Translations under genes and position numbers: made by a program
The notes under the pieces: generated by a model
Databases searched by the model: none
Told to the model about the DNA's origin: nothing
What the model saw: the letters and a program-made list of their open reading frames with translations, nothing else
In this document: piece by piece, positions 10,192-19,549 of the stretch
How positions within the stretch are numbered: the first letter of the stretch is position 1
Layout: every line of letters starts with the position of its first letter
Assembly (NCBI GenBank): GCA_040285745.1
Contig: JAUFOR010000004.1
Span: 682,001 to 746,000, forward strand
Reading direction: 5' to 3'
Source of the DNA: Barthelona sp. PCE
Lineage: Eukaryota
Length of the DNA stretch: 64,000 nucleotides

Positions 10192-11541
10192 TTACTCCAC
10201 ATGCTCGCTCAAAGTATGGCTAGCCCAGTCAACCATAGTTTCCATTCTCTTTCCACAAATTACACATTCCCATTCATGTTCATCGAGTTTGTGTGGTGGT
10301 TCAACAGTCTGACCGAAGTAAGCAAGCTGAAAATCACTGTTCAATACCACAGACTCAAAAAGTCCTCTACAAAAATCACTGTAACCAGGATCTCCACAAA
10401 ACTTTTCTGATATTGGTCTCCATCTCTTCATTTTCTTGCACAATCTGCCAAAGTATTGCAATTGTGCAACTGTTGCATCAAATTCTATATGGAAAGCATT
10501 CACCTTGCGAATGTGAATATGTGAGGCAGCTATAATTGAACTAATATAATTCCTAGGTTTTCCACTCTTTCTTAGAAACCGAATAAGTGTTTTTTCACTG
10601 AAAAGCAATGGATTTTTTGACTGAGTTCCATTATCATTTGGTACAAAATCATAATTTTCATCATATTCAAATGAACACTGCGACAATGCTGTTTTGTAAG
10701 ACTGTGTGTTCGACAAATACCGCAAACGCTTGATAGATGATCCAAATGTCTTTGGTAGTGTAGTACTCTTAATTGAATCATGTGGGAACTTCAAGTCTGT
10801 CAACACTTCCAATCTTCGTCTCGTCATTTGATTCCACACACTGTTTGCCTTCTCCAATCCATCAAGCAGTGTGCTTAGTCTGTCGGACAATAAAAAATTA
10901 TCTTTGTAGCGGTTCATTTGAATCATAAGCTGCACTAGATGATTTGTTTGCTCTCTAACAAGCGCAGTCTGTTCATCCGTCAGCTCTACCAGTGTCCTTT
11001 CATGTCCTGGAAACGTAATCGTGCCAACCTCATCTTGCGTAATTCTTTCCATATCCTCTCGAATTTCATCGAAATTGATCAGGCTGTACCTCTGGTCCTC
11101 CTCTGTTGGCTTGTCTTCAACAGGGACGAACTCTTCGTCTGAGGATTCTTCATCTGTTGAGGGAATTTCACCAATAATCATCATTGACTCCTCTTCGTTT
11201 TGAATAAAGTTCATTTGTGTCTTTTCATCTTCTTCATCACTGTCTGATATCTCACCCTCGGCACCCCACTGCTCTTCTTCATCTTCAACTTCCGTATACA
11301 CACCATCCGACTCTGATTCGTACAAATAATCTGGATCTGGATCATATCCCTCCAACAGATCTTCAACTGCAGTCGATCCTTCATCTAAAAGGGCACCGTA
11401 AAGCTTACTTAATAAGTCTGGTTTGTCTGTGAGAATACCAGCAACAACTTTAGCAAGATCATTCTTTGAGTTCTCGTTGTTGAAGTACTCTCTGACCTTT
11501 TCTTTCTCGATATGTCCCGGTTGAGTCTCTTGATCACTCAT
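10192..11541 (-). CDS. Acidic nuclear protein, GON4L/YY1AP1/DUO3-like, with C-terminal C2H2 zinc finger
   Basis: First ATG at 11541 (the track start is TTG). Acidic tract, DPDPDY motif, helix LTDEQTALVREQTNHLVQLMIQM, Myb-like YFG...W.PISEKF, and CVIC-x12-H-x4-H at the C-terminus. The family call is tentative. Confidence 0.55.
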   Translation of the reverse strand: MSDQETQPGHIEKEKVREYFNNENSKNDLAKVVAGILTDKPDLLSKLYGALLDEGSTAVEDLLEGYDPDPDYLYESESDGVYTEVEDEEEQWGAEGEISDSDEEDEKTQMNFIQNEEESMMIIGEIPSTDEESSDEEFVPVEDKPTEEDQRYSLINFDEIREDMERITQDEVGTITFPGHERTLVELTDEQTALVREQTNHLVQLMIQMNRYKDNFLLSDRLSTLLDGLEKANSVWNQMTRRRLEVLTDLKFPHDSIKSTTLPKTFGSSIKRLRYLSNTQSYKTALSQCSFEYDENYDFVPNDNGTQSKNPLLFSEKTLIRFLRKSGKPRNYISSIIAASHIHIRKVNAFHIEFDATVAQLQYFGRLCKKMKRWRPISEKFCGDPGYSDFCRGLFESVVLNSDFQLAYFGQTVEPPHKLDEHEWECVICGKRMETMVDWASHTLSEHVE

Positions 11542-11844
11542 ATAAAATGCCCATTCACTGTAAAACTGACATGAATTGAATGAATAATGTGAAAACAAAT
11601 TTTCACAAACTTGCTACCTATATATTTGCCATTCTTAAATTGGAATGATATCTTTAAAGACCATGCTATGAACAAAGTGTCATATTTAGTTGAAAATGGA
11701 AGTGCCGGTGGAAAATATGTAGTACTAGCTTCGAATTTCTCCTTTTATAATGCAGAAAAGTGGGAAATATGTTTCATACATCAATAATACAAGACCGAAA
11801 TATTAAATACAACTGAATGCCTATTCATACTTCTTTTTCCACAC

Positions 11845-13884
11845 ATGCGCATTTCTACAGAGCTATTTCCACTCTATAGACCACAAACGGTCGTCGGCAC
11901 AACGTACGACGAGATATCAGGGCGGTTATTTACTCTTTCACAAGAGGGATTTATAAACGTGTATCTTCCAAGGGATAACTGGATGAAACTCACAACAATG
12001 GCACTCGTACACCCCTCGGCATACTCAGCCATACACTGCATGTTGGTTGAGGATGAACTAAGACTATTTGTTTCCTCATTAGATGGCAACATATACGAAA
12101 TTGATCTTCTCACGGGCCGCACAAAGCACACAACGGTATCACACTCAGAGGCAGTGTGGTGTCTTCACTCATTCGGCAACATTTTAGTTGCTGGTTGTGA
12201 AGATGGAAAGGTACATTGTTTTGATATTGTTCCCGATGTCCTATCTTTACAGCACACATGCACCATCATCTTGAACTCCCGTATCTTGACGGTTAACTCT
12301 ATGCTATTTGATCGCAGAACTTTCATCATGATTGGATCTTCTGATGGTCATGTTACCCTCTTCAATTATGAGAAAAAGTCCAAGTTTGCATCATTTTCTG
12401 TTGGGCGCTTTGCAATCCTCAGTATATTGGGGGTTGGATTGCACTCTATTTGTTGCTCGGATGCTGGTGGTTTTGTCAAGTTTATTGATGTTCATAATAC
12501 TGTTGTTTTCAAGGAATTTCGTCCGGTTAAGGGCCCTGTTTTCAAGCTACACTTCGATGAGAGCTCCAATGCTCTTTATTGTGCTCAAAGTGATGGTTTC
12601 GTCACAAAATACCTCCAACGTGACAGTGATTGGGTATGTTCGAAAGCCAAGAGAATGCAGCCTTCAGAGCTGAGGACAATAAGTGTCGTCGACGATAGCA
12701 TCTGCGCTATCAGTAACGTCGGTCGCATCATGATTGTAGACATGGAACACTTTGATGAATCACTTATTCTTCCCCGTCCTATAACAATCAATGATGATCG
12801 ACTTCAATTCTGCGATGACTGCAAATTTTCCTTCATCAAAGACAACAGAGTTGTTGTGGGTAAGGAAAAAGAAATGTTCGGTATGCTTCAACTCTCACAA
12901 ATCCCGCATATCGCCAAGCTTAATCCCAGCGGTACTCTGCTGTTCATCGGTAGCGCGTCCAAGAACTGGCTGTTCAAAGTGCGCGGTAACCCCTTCCAGT
13001 TTGAGCCCATCACTCTGTCTGGTGCTCTCAGTTCAGGTTGCGTTGATTTCGAATGGATCGACAACACACGCCTGTGTCTGGCATCAGTTACCCGAAAAGT
13101 TGTTATTGTTGACATACAGAGCGAGACGGAGATTGCATTTGGTTTGTTAAAACCAATACACGCTGCACGAATCATACATATCAACGCAAACAAACGTATT
13201 GTCCTGACAGTTGATGAAAACAGGGGTTATAACCTCACAAACATCCAGACAGGCGCTATTATGCATAGTGGTACGTTCTCAGATCACGTTACGTCTTCTC
13301 TGTTGAGTGACGACTATTTCTATGTTCTTCTAAATAATTTTTCTATCTTACAGTACACAATTAAGCATTTTACAATTATGCAATCGCATAACATCAGTGA
13401 TATTGTTCCGTTGATCAAATCTCGGGTCAGAAACGCAGTGCAAGGTGGTTTGTTCTTACGTGAGTTCGAAGACATTGATGAGCAAACTGAAGAAGAGGTA
13501 AAGAAGCTTGTTGTTTTCTGTGGAGAGTGTCTTATTGTAGTACATCCTCGTGACATGGAGAACGTGTCACTTGAACAGTTGGATGATGAGTTAGAGACCG
13601 AGAAAAAAATCCAAACCACAAAGTATAGAGAAAGATTAGTGTTTACTCATATGAAGAGAATGATGAAGGAGTCTGCATTATCTGCACTTGATCGAGTTAA
13701 ATTAACGAATATTGTTGATCAAAATCAAGAATTAAGGGTTACAATTGGTCGTTTTGAAATTATGGCGACTAATTCTAGTGTTTTACAATTCATCAACGAA
13801 GAGAACATGCTGTATCAAATTGATTGGAACCGCGTTCTTTCCAATAGTGCTCCTCCCATCTACAAACATAAATTCGGTGAATAA
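11845..13884 (+). CDS. UTP4: U3 snoRNA-associated protein 4 (Utp4/cirhin), WD40
   Basis: 679 aa with RLFVSSLDGNIYEIDL, AVWCL, LVAGCEDGKV, SRILTV and the C-terminal PPIYKHKFG tail characteristic of Utp4. Confidence 0.8.
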   Translation: MRISTELFPLYRPQTVVGTTYDEISGRLFTLSQEGFINVYLPRDNWMKLTTMALVHPSAYSAIHCMLVEDELRLFVSSLDGNIYEIDLLTGRTKHTTVSHSEAVWCLHSFGNILVAGCEDGKVHCFDIVPDVLSLQHTCTIILNSRILTVNSMLFDRRTFIMIGSSDGHVTLFNYEKKSKFASFSVGRFAILSILGVGLHSICCSDAGGFVKFIDVHNTVVFKEFRPVKGPVFKLHFDESSNALYCAQSDGFVTKYLQRDSDWVCSKAKRMQPSELRTISVVDDSICAISNVGRIMIVDMEHFDESLILPRPITINDDRLQFCDDCKFSFIKDNRVVVGKEKEMFGMLQLSQIPHIAKLNPSGTLLFIGSASKNWLFKVRGNPFQFEPITLSGALSSGCVDFEWIDNTRLCLASVTRKVVIVDIQSETEIAFGLLKPIHAARIIHINANKRIVLTVDENRGYNLTNIQTGAIMHSGTFSDHVTSSLLSDDYFYVLLNNFSILQYTIKHFTIMQSHNISDIVPLIKSRVRNAVQGGLFLREFEDIDEQTEEEVKKLVVFCGECLIVVHPRDMENVSLEQLDDELETEKKIQTTKYRERLVFTHMKRMMKESALSALDRVKLTNIVDQNQELRVTIGRFEIMATNSSVLQFINEENMLYQIDWNRVLSNSAPPIYKHKFGE

Positions 13885-13887
13885 AAA

Positions 13888-14313
13888 TCAAGTCTTTCCT
13901 AATACAATGCTCGGGAACTCATCCCTAACGTAGTTAAAAAACAATCCTGTCTCAATACAATCAAGATTTGAGTTAAGTTCATACATGGGGTTCAGAACAA
14001 CGTTTGGTACAAACTGTTCCTTGTACAAGGTGACTAAGTGGTCATACACATCAACAACATCAACTTTTGTAATACAAACGAAACGATATCCAGTTAATGT
14101 CTGAAAATAATGCAAGGCGAAATTGTTTGTCTTGATTGAGCGTGCGATCTGCCCCTCAAATGGAGCTAGAGAGGAAATAAAATCCCGAATAACAAAGAGA
14201 AAACCATAAATGTTATCCTTCTCATGATCTATGTTCTTGTGCACAAGCCCCTCATCCCAGTCTATGTGCAGAAGGCATTGTGCCTTTCTATTGAATACAA
14301 AAAAGCTCTCCAT
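13888..14313 (-). CDS. TRAPPC1: TRAPP complex subunit 1 (Bet5, sybindin/longin family)
   Basis: 141 aa with FFVFNRKAQCL, IYGFLFVIRDFISSLAP, TNNFALHYFQTLTGYRFV and FVPNVVLNP. Confidence 0.85.
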   Translation of the reverse strand: MESFFVFNRKAQCLLHIDWDEGLVHKNIDHEKDNIYGFLFVIRDFISSLAPFEGQIARSIKTNNFALHYFQTLTGYRFVCITKVDVVDVYDHLVTLYKEQFVPNVVLNPMYELNSNLDCIETGLFFNYVRDEFPSIVLGKT

Positions 14314-14362
14314 TTAAATAATGCGGATACAAAAATATACAAGGTTCAATTTACTAAAACGA

Positions 14363-14866
14363 CTAATTAGAATGATTTGGAGACTGCCAGTGCTTTCTAT
14401 TATCTGTTATCACTTCACAAAATGCAATCTTTAATGGTTTTTCTGATTCATTCACAGAATGATGATACATCAGGTCAGATGTGCTTCTTTTCTTTCCACT
14501 AATGAATTTCGACTTAACAAACCGATAAATATCATGCTCTTTCCTCAAATTTGGTCCATGCTGTACATCTACAACTTTAGCTTGATTTGCACGTGGTATA
14601 GGGCAACGTAATAGCGGAGAGTCCTTCGGCCTTATGCCTATAACTGTATTACGCTCTGAATGGTTAACCGGTGCTGAAAATGCACGATTTTGTCTAATAC
14701 CTGAATCGTACGAAGAGCTCTCGTAACCCTCTGAGATTGCTGTTGTCACTGGTGTGAACAATAATGCTGAATGTGCTGTTGGTGATTGCAAAATTAATAC
14801 ACTGCTTAAATCTGGACTATTTATGCTCTTTGACGGTATTTCTGGAGAATCATTGATTGCAAACAT
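14363..14866 (-). CDS. Hypothetical Ser/Pro-rich small protein
   Basis: ORF filling the gap between genes; first ATG at 14866; no recognised domain. Confidence 0.45.
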   Translation of the reverse strand: MFAINDSPEIPSKSINSPDLSSVLILQSPTAHSALLFTPVTTAISEGYESSSYDSGIRQNRAFSAPVNHSERNTVIGIRPKDSPLLRCPIPRANQAKVVDVQHGPNLRKEHDIYRFVKSKFISGKKRSTSDLMYHHSVNESEKPLKIAFCEVITDNRKHWQSPNHSN

Positions 14867-15104
14867 TGCCCTAAACTTATAATACACTAAAATTCATGAG
14901 TAGTAAAGAGTTTGAAATGTGGTAATAAGGTTTGAAAAAAGTGAATCCTTTCTGGGCTGCAGGTAGATCTTATATGATAGGTTATATCGTGCAACGTGGA
15001 TAACTTTTAGAATGTACCTCTGAGAGAATGTTCAAATATTTTTATCCCATATAAGGCATTTTGAAGCCTTTTATTTATTTTTGGGGGAAGTAAGCGGACA
15101 CTGA

Positions 15105-18100
15105 ATGACAGAAAATCCGCCAAAAACACCTAAATTTGCATCAACAATCAAAGTTGATAAATTATCTCGACTTCTAACACCACTTCTGGACACACCGTCC
15201 CTTCAGGAGACATCATCCGAAGTAGTGCAGAGCATCAAGGTCAAATCTAATGCAACAGAAAGTAGAATGGAAAAATTAGCAAGACGATTAGATTCGCTTT
15301 CGAATCACACATTAAAACTTCAAGCAGAGAGGGATCAGTTCAAGATTCGCTTCCAGGCACTCACAACGTCAATCGAATCAGCCCTATACCAGCGAGATGA
15401 AGCTGTCCAAAAGCTTCTCGAGAGTCAAACAAAATACACAGAAAGCAATACTACCCTCACTGTTTTAAAGGAGCGTTTCGACGATTTGCAGACAAAGTAT
15501 CGTGAGGAGATGCAGCTAAACCATGTCAACAACTTAAAGCATGAAGAAAAACTTTCACGTCTGGAATCAAAAAATGAAATGCTACAGAACTCCAATACAG
15601 AGCTTATGATGCTCGTGGAGACTGGAGAGACCATCGCAGAGCAGCTGGACGAGATGGAGGTTGAGCTGAAAGCTCAAAAAAAACAATGTGAAGAGCATGT
15701 AATGACAATATCAATGGCTGAAGTTGATATTCAATCCAATTTAGACTTCCGCGTTGAGCTCAGTGAGCAACATGAGCAATTGTTGATGGATTATGAAAAT
15801 GCATTAAGCAGAATACGTACATTAGAGCCTCTGCAGGATATGTACGATGAACTTTTACAAGAGAGGGAAGACATATTCGATGAAAACGTTGAGTTAAGAG
15901 AAGAAACAAAGCGTGCTCGTGACTGCACTGTTGATCTCATGACGAAAATAGCAAGCCAGGAAGGAAGGATGCACGAGTTAGATGTGATGCAAAAAAAGAA
16001 TATGGAGTGTGAAGATGTTATTGAAGATATCACAGCTCAACTAGATGAAGCTGGTGTTTATGTTGAGAATCTGCGTGAGAACATCAAGGAAAGCGATGAG
16101 CTGAATGCAAAACAGGCTGAGAAGATCAAAGAACTCGAGAAAATGGTTGAAGATCAGAAATCTCTGATTGATAAGCAATCAAAGTTAATTAGCGATGGTA
16201 GGAAACGTGAAGAAGATCTTATTGTTTCGACAGAGCGTCTCCGTCTTGAGATTGATGATAAGCAGCAGAGTAACTATGAACTCGAAAGAAGATTATTGTT
16301 TGAGAAGGATGAAAAAGACACATTGCTCACAACAGTCACAAAGGTTTCTACCGAAAAGGGGAGCGTTGAGCAGGAGCTACAATCTTCAAAGGAAGAGAAT
16401 GAGAAATTGCTCTCATTATCATTGCAAAACACTGAATTAACCGCGCAACTAAATGCCAATATTAAGATTCTTGATATGATGCGTGATCAAAACGATGAGC
16501 TCCAGAAGGAGAACCATCAAAAGGACGGGTCTATAACAGCACTGACAAAGGACTGTGATCATGCACGAAAGGAGACAGAACAGCTCCGTACTCTGTTGGA
16601 AGACCAAGAGAATATCAATACTCAACTGATAACGATGATTGAGGCTAAGGAAGGTGTAAGAGATCAGTCTGGCGAAGTCCTTGATCTGAAGCACCAACTG
16701 CTTGAGAGTCAGCAGAAGTGGTCACAGGAACGTGAACTGTTGAGCATGCAGTACTTGGATAGGGATACCGCCATGATAGCGGACATCTCTGCCAACGAGT
16801 TCACAAAAATCATCAAGGATCAAGATCATAAATTGAAGCAACTCAAGCGCAAGAGCCAATTGCAGGAAGTTAAATACCAGAAAGATGTTCAAATATTAAT
16901 GGAGAGTAAGGAAAAGCTTCTCAATAATGAGCGAAAGCTGAAGATTCTAATCACCAAACTCAAGAGGAAACTCGTCGCATACACGCAGGGTGCAGTTGAG
17001 CAAGAGAGGTTGAATAAGATCAAGGAGCTGGAACTTCGAGTCAAGCACGCAAATAAGCAGGTTGAAGAGGCGAAGGAAGAAGCTGATGGGGAGCGCGAAA
17101 AATGGAGCGATGAAAAGAAGTTATTAGGCCAGGCGATCGAGGATAAAGACAAGGCTATTGCATCCGTTAAACAACGCCTCGGTGAGAGCGACAGCAAGAA
17201 GCAAGTTGTTTTGAGCCAGTTACAAAAGGCAAGGAAAAGAATTCGTGAGCTGGATGGACAACTCTCTGATAAATCTTCTGTCGACGAAGAGCGCACCATG
17301 GCGCTTAAACATGATATTGAGGTGCTCACTAAGCATGTACAGGAGCTTAAGTTCGAAGTAGGTAACGGACACAAGGAGCTCAACAAGAAAACCGACGAAA
17401 TTACATCGTTAACACAGCAGTTAGAGATGATTCAGGCGCCAGAGCCTGTGATTGAGTACGTACAGCCTGACCTGTTCACTGCATCAGAAGGTGTATACGT
17501 GGCACTAAAAGAGATCGAGCCCGAACATCTATCACGTATTGTGAGCGTATTAGCCATTGGAAATCATGTTGACGGCCTATCGCATGACGAGGCACTGCAC
17601 TTCATAACGCTGTCTGTGATGCAAGTTGCTGTATTTTCACTTTACTCTCGTGTTGTGCCCAACCTTGGAGTGGGTCTGTCGAAGGTTATTAAAGTACTGC
17701 AACAGATCAACATGGGACAGGTAGCGACCCGCCTCACTGACTACGTCAACATTTACGGAAGCACACCGTTCTTCAAAGAATATGTTTCAGCTGAGAAGGA
17801 AATATTCGATCACGTAGTTGATCTGACCACACATGTTTGCAACTGTGGACAGCACGATTACATTCCCAACGTGTCTGTTGAGGAGAAAAGTGTGTCAGAG
17901 GGGCTGCAACAACTCTATGACTTGATCACCAGCCGCGTTGAGAAACTGGACGATGATATCGAGAGAATGACAAAGGATGTCAGTGAGATCAAGCACAGGA
18001 ATGCTACAGACGCCACACACGAAGAGAAGGCACAGAATTTGGAAATTGAGATTGTTAAATACAAGAGTAGGTTGGATACGATGGTTGCTTTCATTTCAGC

Positions 18101-18320
18101 GTTCTCAGAACAGTTACGTAATCTCATATCAGAGCATTCCAAGAGAGATGACACCAGTCAAGACGTTTTGGAGGGTCTTTCATCAATCATGACCACAATC
18201 CAACAGTTTAATATTGATGTTCTGAACAATGCAGAACCGGACACCCCAAGTAAGAGCAAGAGTAAGGTGGCTGAGAATGATGACTTCGATATGATGAGTG
18301 CATCAGTAGAACTTGAATGA
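15105..18320 (+). CDS. Long coiled-coil protein (possibly cytoskeletal or basal-body associated)
   Basis: 1071-aa ATG ORF with heptad-rich E/K/L/Q composition and a short globular insert near residues 780-930. Confidence 0.7.
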   Translation: MTENPPKTPKFASTIKVDKLSRLLTPLLDTPSLQETSSEVVQSIKVKSNATESRMEKLARRLDSLSNHTLKLQAERDQFKIRFQALTTSIESALYQRDEAVQKLLESQTKYTESNTTLTVLKERFDDLQTKYREEMQLNHVNNLKHEEKLSRLESKNEMLQNSNTELMMLVETGETIAEQLDEMEVELKAQKKQCEEHVMTISMAEVDIQSNLDFRVELSEQHEQLLMDYENALSRIRTLEPLQDMYDELLQEREDIFDENVELREETKRARDCTVDLMTKIASQEGRMHELDVMQKKNMECEDVIEDITAQLDEAGVYVENLRENIKESDELNAKQAEKIKELEKMVEDQKSLIDKQSKLISDGRKREEDLIVSTERLRLEIDDKQQSNYELERRLLFEKDEKDTLLTTVTKVSTEKGSVEQELQSSKEENEKLLSLSLQNTELTAQLNANIKILDMMRDQNDELQKENHQKDGSITALTKDCDHARKETEQLRTLLEDQENINTQLITMIEAKEGVRDQSGEVLDLKHQLLESQQKWSQERELLSMQYLDRDTAMIADISANEFTKIIKDQDHKLKQLKRKSQLQEVKYQKDVQILMESKEKLLNNERKLKILITKLKRKLVAYTQGAVEQERLNKIKELELRVKHANKQVEEAKEEADGEREKWSDEKKLLGQAIEDKDKAIASVKQRLGESDSKKQVVLSQLQKARKRIRELDGQLSDKSSVDEERTMALKHDIEVLTKHVQELKFEVGNGHKELNKKTDEITSLTQQLEMIQAPEPVIEYVQPDLFTASEGVYVALKEIEPEHLSRIVSVLAIGNHVDGLSHDEALHFITLSVMQVAVFSLYSRVVPNLGVGLSKVIKVLQQINMGQVATRLTDYVNIYGSTPFFKEYVSAEKEIFDHVVDLTTHVCNCGQHDYIPNVSVEEKSVSEGLQQLYDLITSRVEKLDDDIERMTKDVSEIKHRNATDATHEEKAQNLEIEIVKYKSRLDTMVAFISAFSEQLRNLISEHSKRDDTSQDVLEGLSSIMTTIQQFNIDVLNNAEPDTPSKSKSKVAENDDFDMMSASVELE

Positions 18321-18642
18321 GTAAAATATAATTTTTTGTAGTTTTCTCTTTTTTAATTGATTTTTAATTTCTGTCGTGGTTTTGGGTGTGCAGCGATCTG
18401 CCCAACTTGATTTAGTGAAAAACAAAAAAAGAAGTGAGTACTAAACGCAGATTGTAATTTCAGTTGTAAGGATTGTCCCATTAATTATTTGATTCACAAC
18501 GAAAAATGCTTTCACAACTATATGGTTCTCACAAATGTGACTAAACAGGAACATTATGTCCACGCTAACAACCAAAAATATAAGAGCTGCTTCAAAAAAG
18601 TGCTTTTGCTTTTGTTTCTCCATTCAGTTATTGACGTATAAA

Positions 18643-19485
18643 ATGAACTCATCCGCTCTTCTTGACGGTGAATATTCCACGAAAAAGGACAAGCGCTTCA
18701 ACGTTTTCTTCAAGGTCAGCATTATTACATTAATAGTTGTTGTGTTGATCCTTCAGGTACTTGTACTCCGCAAACCCATCCCTGTCCCCGCTCCTGAGCG
18801 CCCCATCCCAATGTCTGATAAATACGGCCTCACCAATATCGTTGCTATGGAGCAGCTTCCTCACTTTGACAAATATAATGAAAACTTTGATGTTAGGGAT
18901 CTTAAGGGCAAAACTATTGCACTCCTCGCTGGACATGCTGCTGAAAACGCTGAAGTCCGTGTTCCTCTCAAATTTGGTCGTGATTCTGGTGCTAACCTTA
19001 TTGTTACCGCTCCTGGATGGATCGAACAGGTTATCATCTCTGACTGGGTCGTACCTGATCAGCTCCTTACTCCCGATATGTCATGCAAAGCCGTATTGAA
19101 GATGGTTGAGGACGATAAGATTGATGCTGTCCTCGTACCTGGTGGTCGTACCGACGCTCTTCGTACCAATCCTGACTGTATCGCTGTTGTTAAGAAGCAA
19201 TACGAAATGGGCAAGCTCGTCTCCACTCAGTGTGCCGGTGCTGGAATCCTTATTGATGCTGAAGTTCGCCAAGATATTCGTATGACTGGTTCCCCTGTCA
19301 TCAAGAAGGAGCTCTCCATGTATTTTGATACCTACGTTGATTGTTTACATGACGAAACTATTCCCTGTCATGAGAATGGTATCATTACTGATGAGAAGGT
19401 TCCCAACATCATCTTCTCAACTGACCCTCACTTCCAGTATCTCAGGCACTGGATGAACGCCGTCGCTGATTATATCACCAAGTAA
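18643..19485 (+). CDS. DJ-1/PfpI-family protein with N-terminal transmembrane anchor
   Basis: Likely start ATG at 18643 (MNSSALL). Hydrophobic VSIITLIVVVLILQVLVL, a Pro-rich stalk, then LKGKTIALL..H..ENAEV (conserved Glu), DAVLVPGG and nucleophile elbow QCAG. Confidence 0.8.
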   Translation: MNSSALLDGEYSTKKDKRFNVFFKVSIITLIVVVLILQVLVLRKPIPVPAPERPIPMSDKYGLTNIVAMEQLPHFDKYNENFDVRDLKGKTIALLAGHAAENAEVRVPLKFGRDSGANLIVTAPGWIEQVIISDWVVPDQLLTPDMSCKAVLKMVEDDKIDAVLVPGGRTDALRTNPDCIAVVKKQYEMGKLVSTQCAGAGILIDAEVRQDIRMTGSPVIKKELSMYFDTYVDCLHDETIPCHENGIITDEKVPNIIFSTDPHFQYLRHWMNAVADYITK

Positions 19486-19549
19486 TTGTGTTATTGACAT
19501 TTGTAGTAAAACTTTCTATTTCTTGTAACCTGATTTCTCACCTTTTTCA

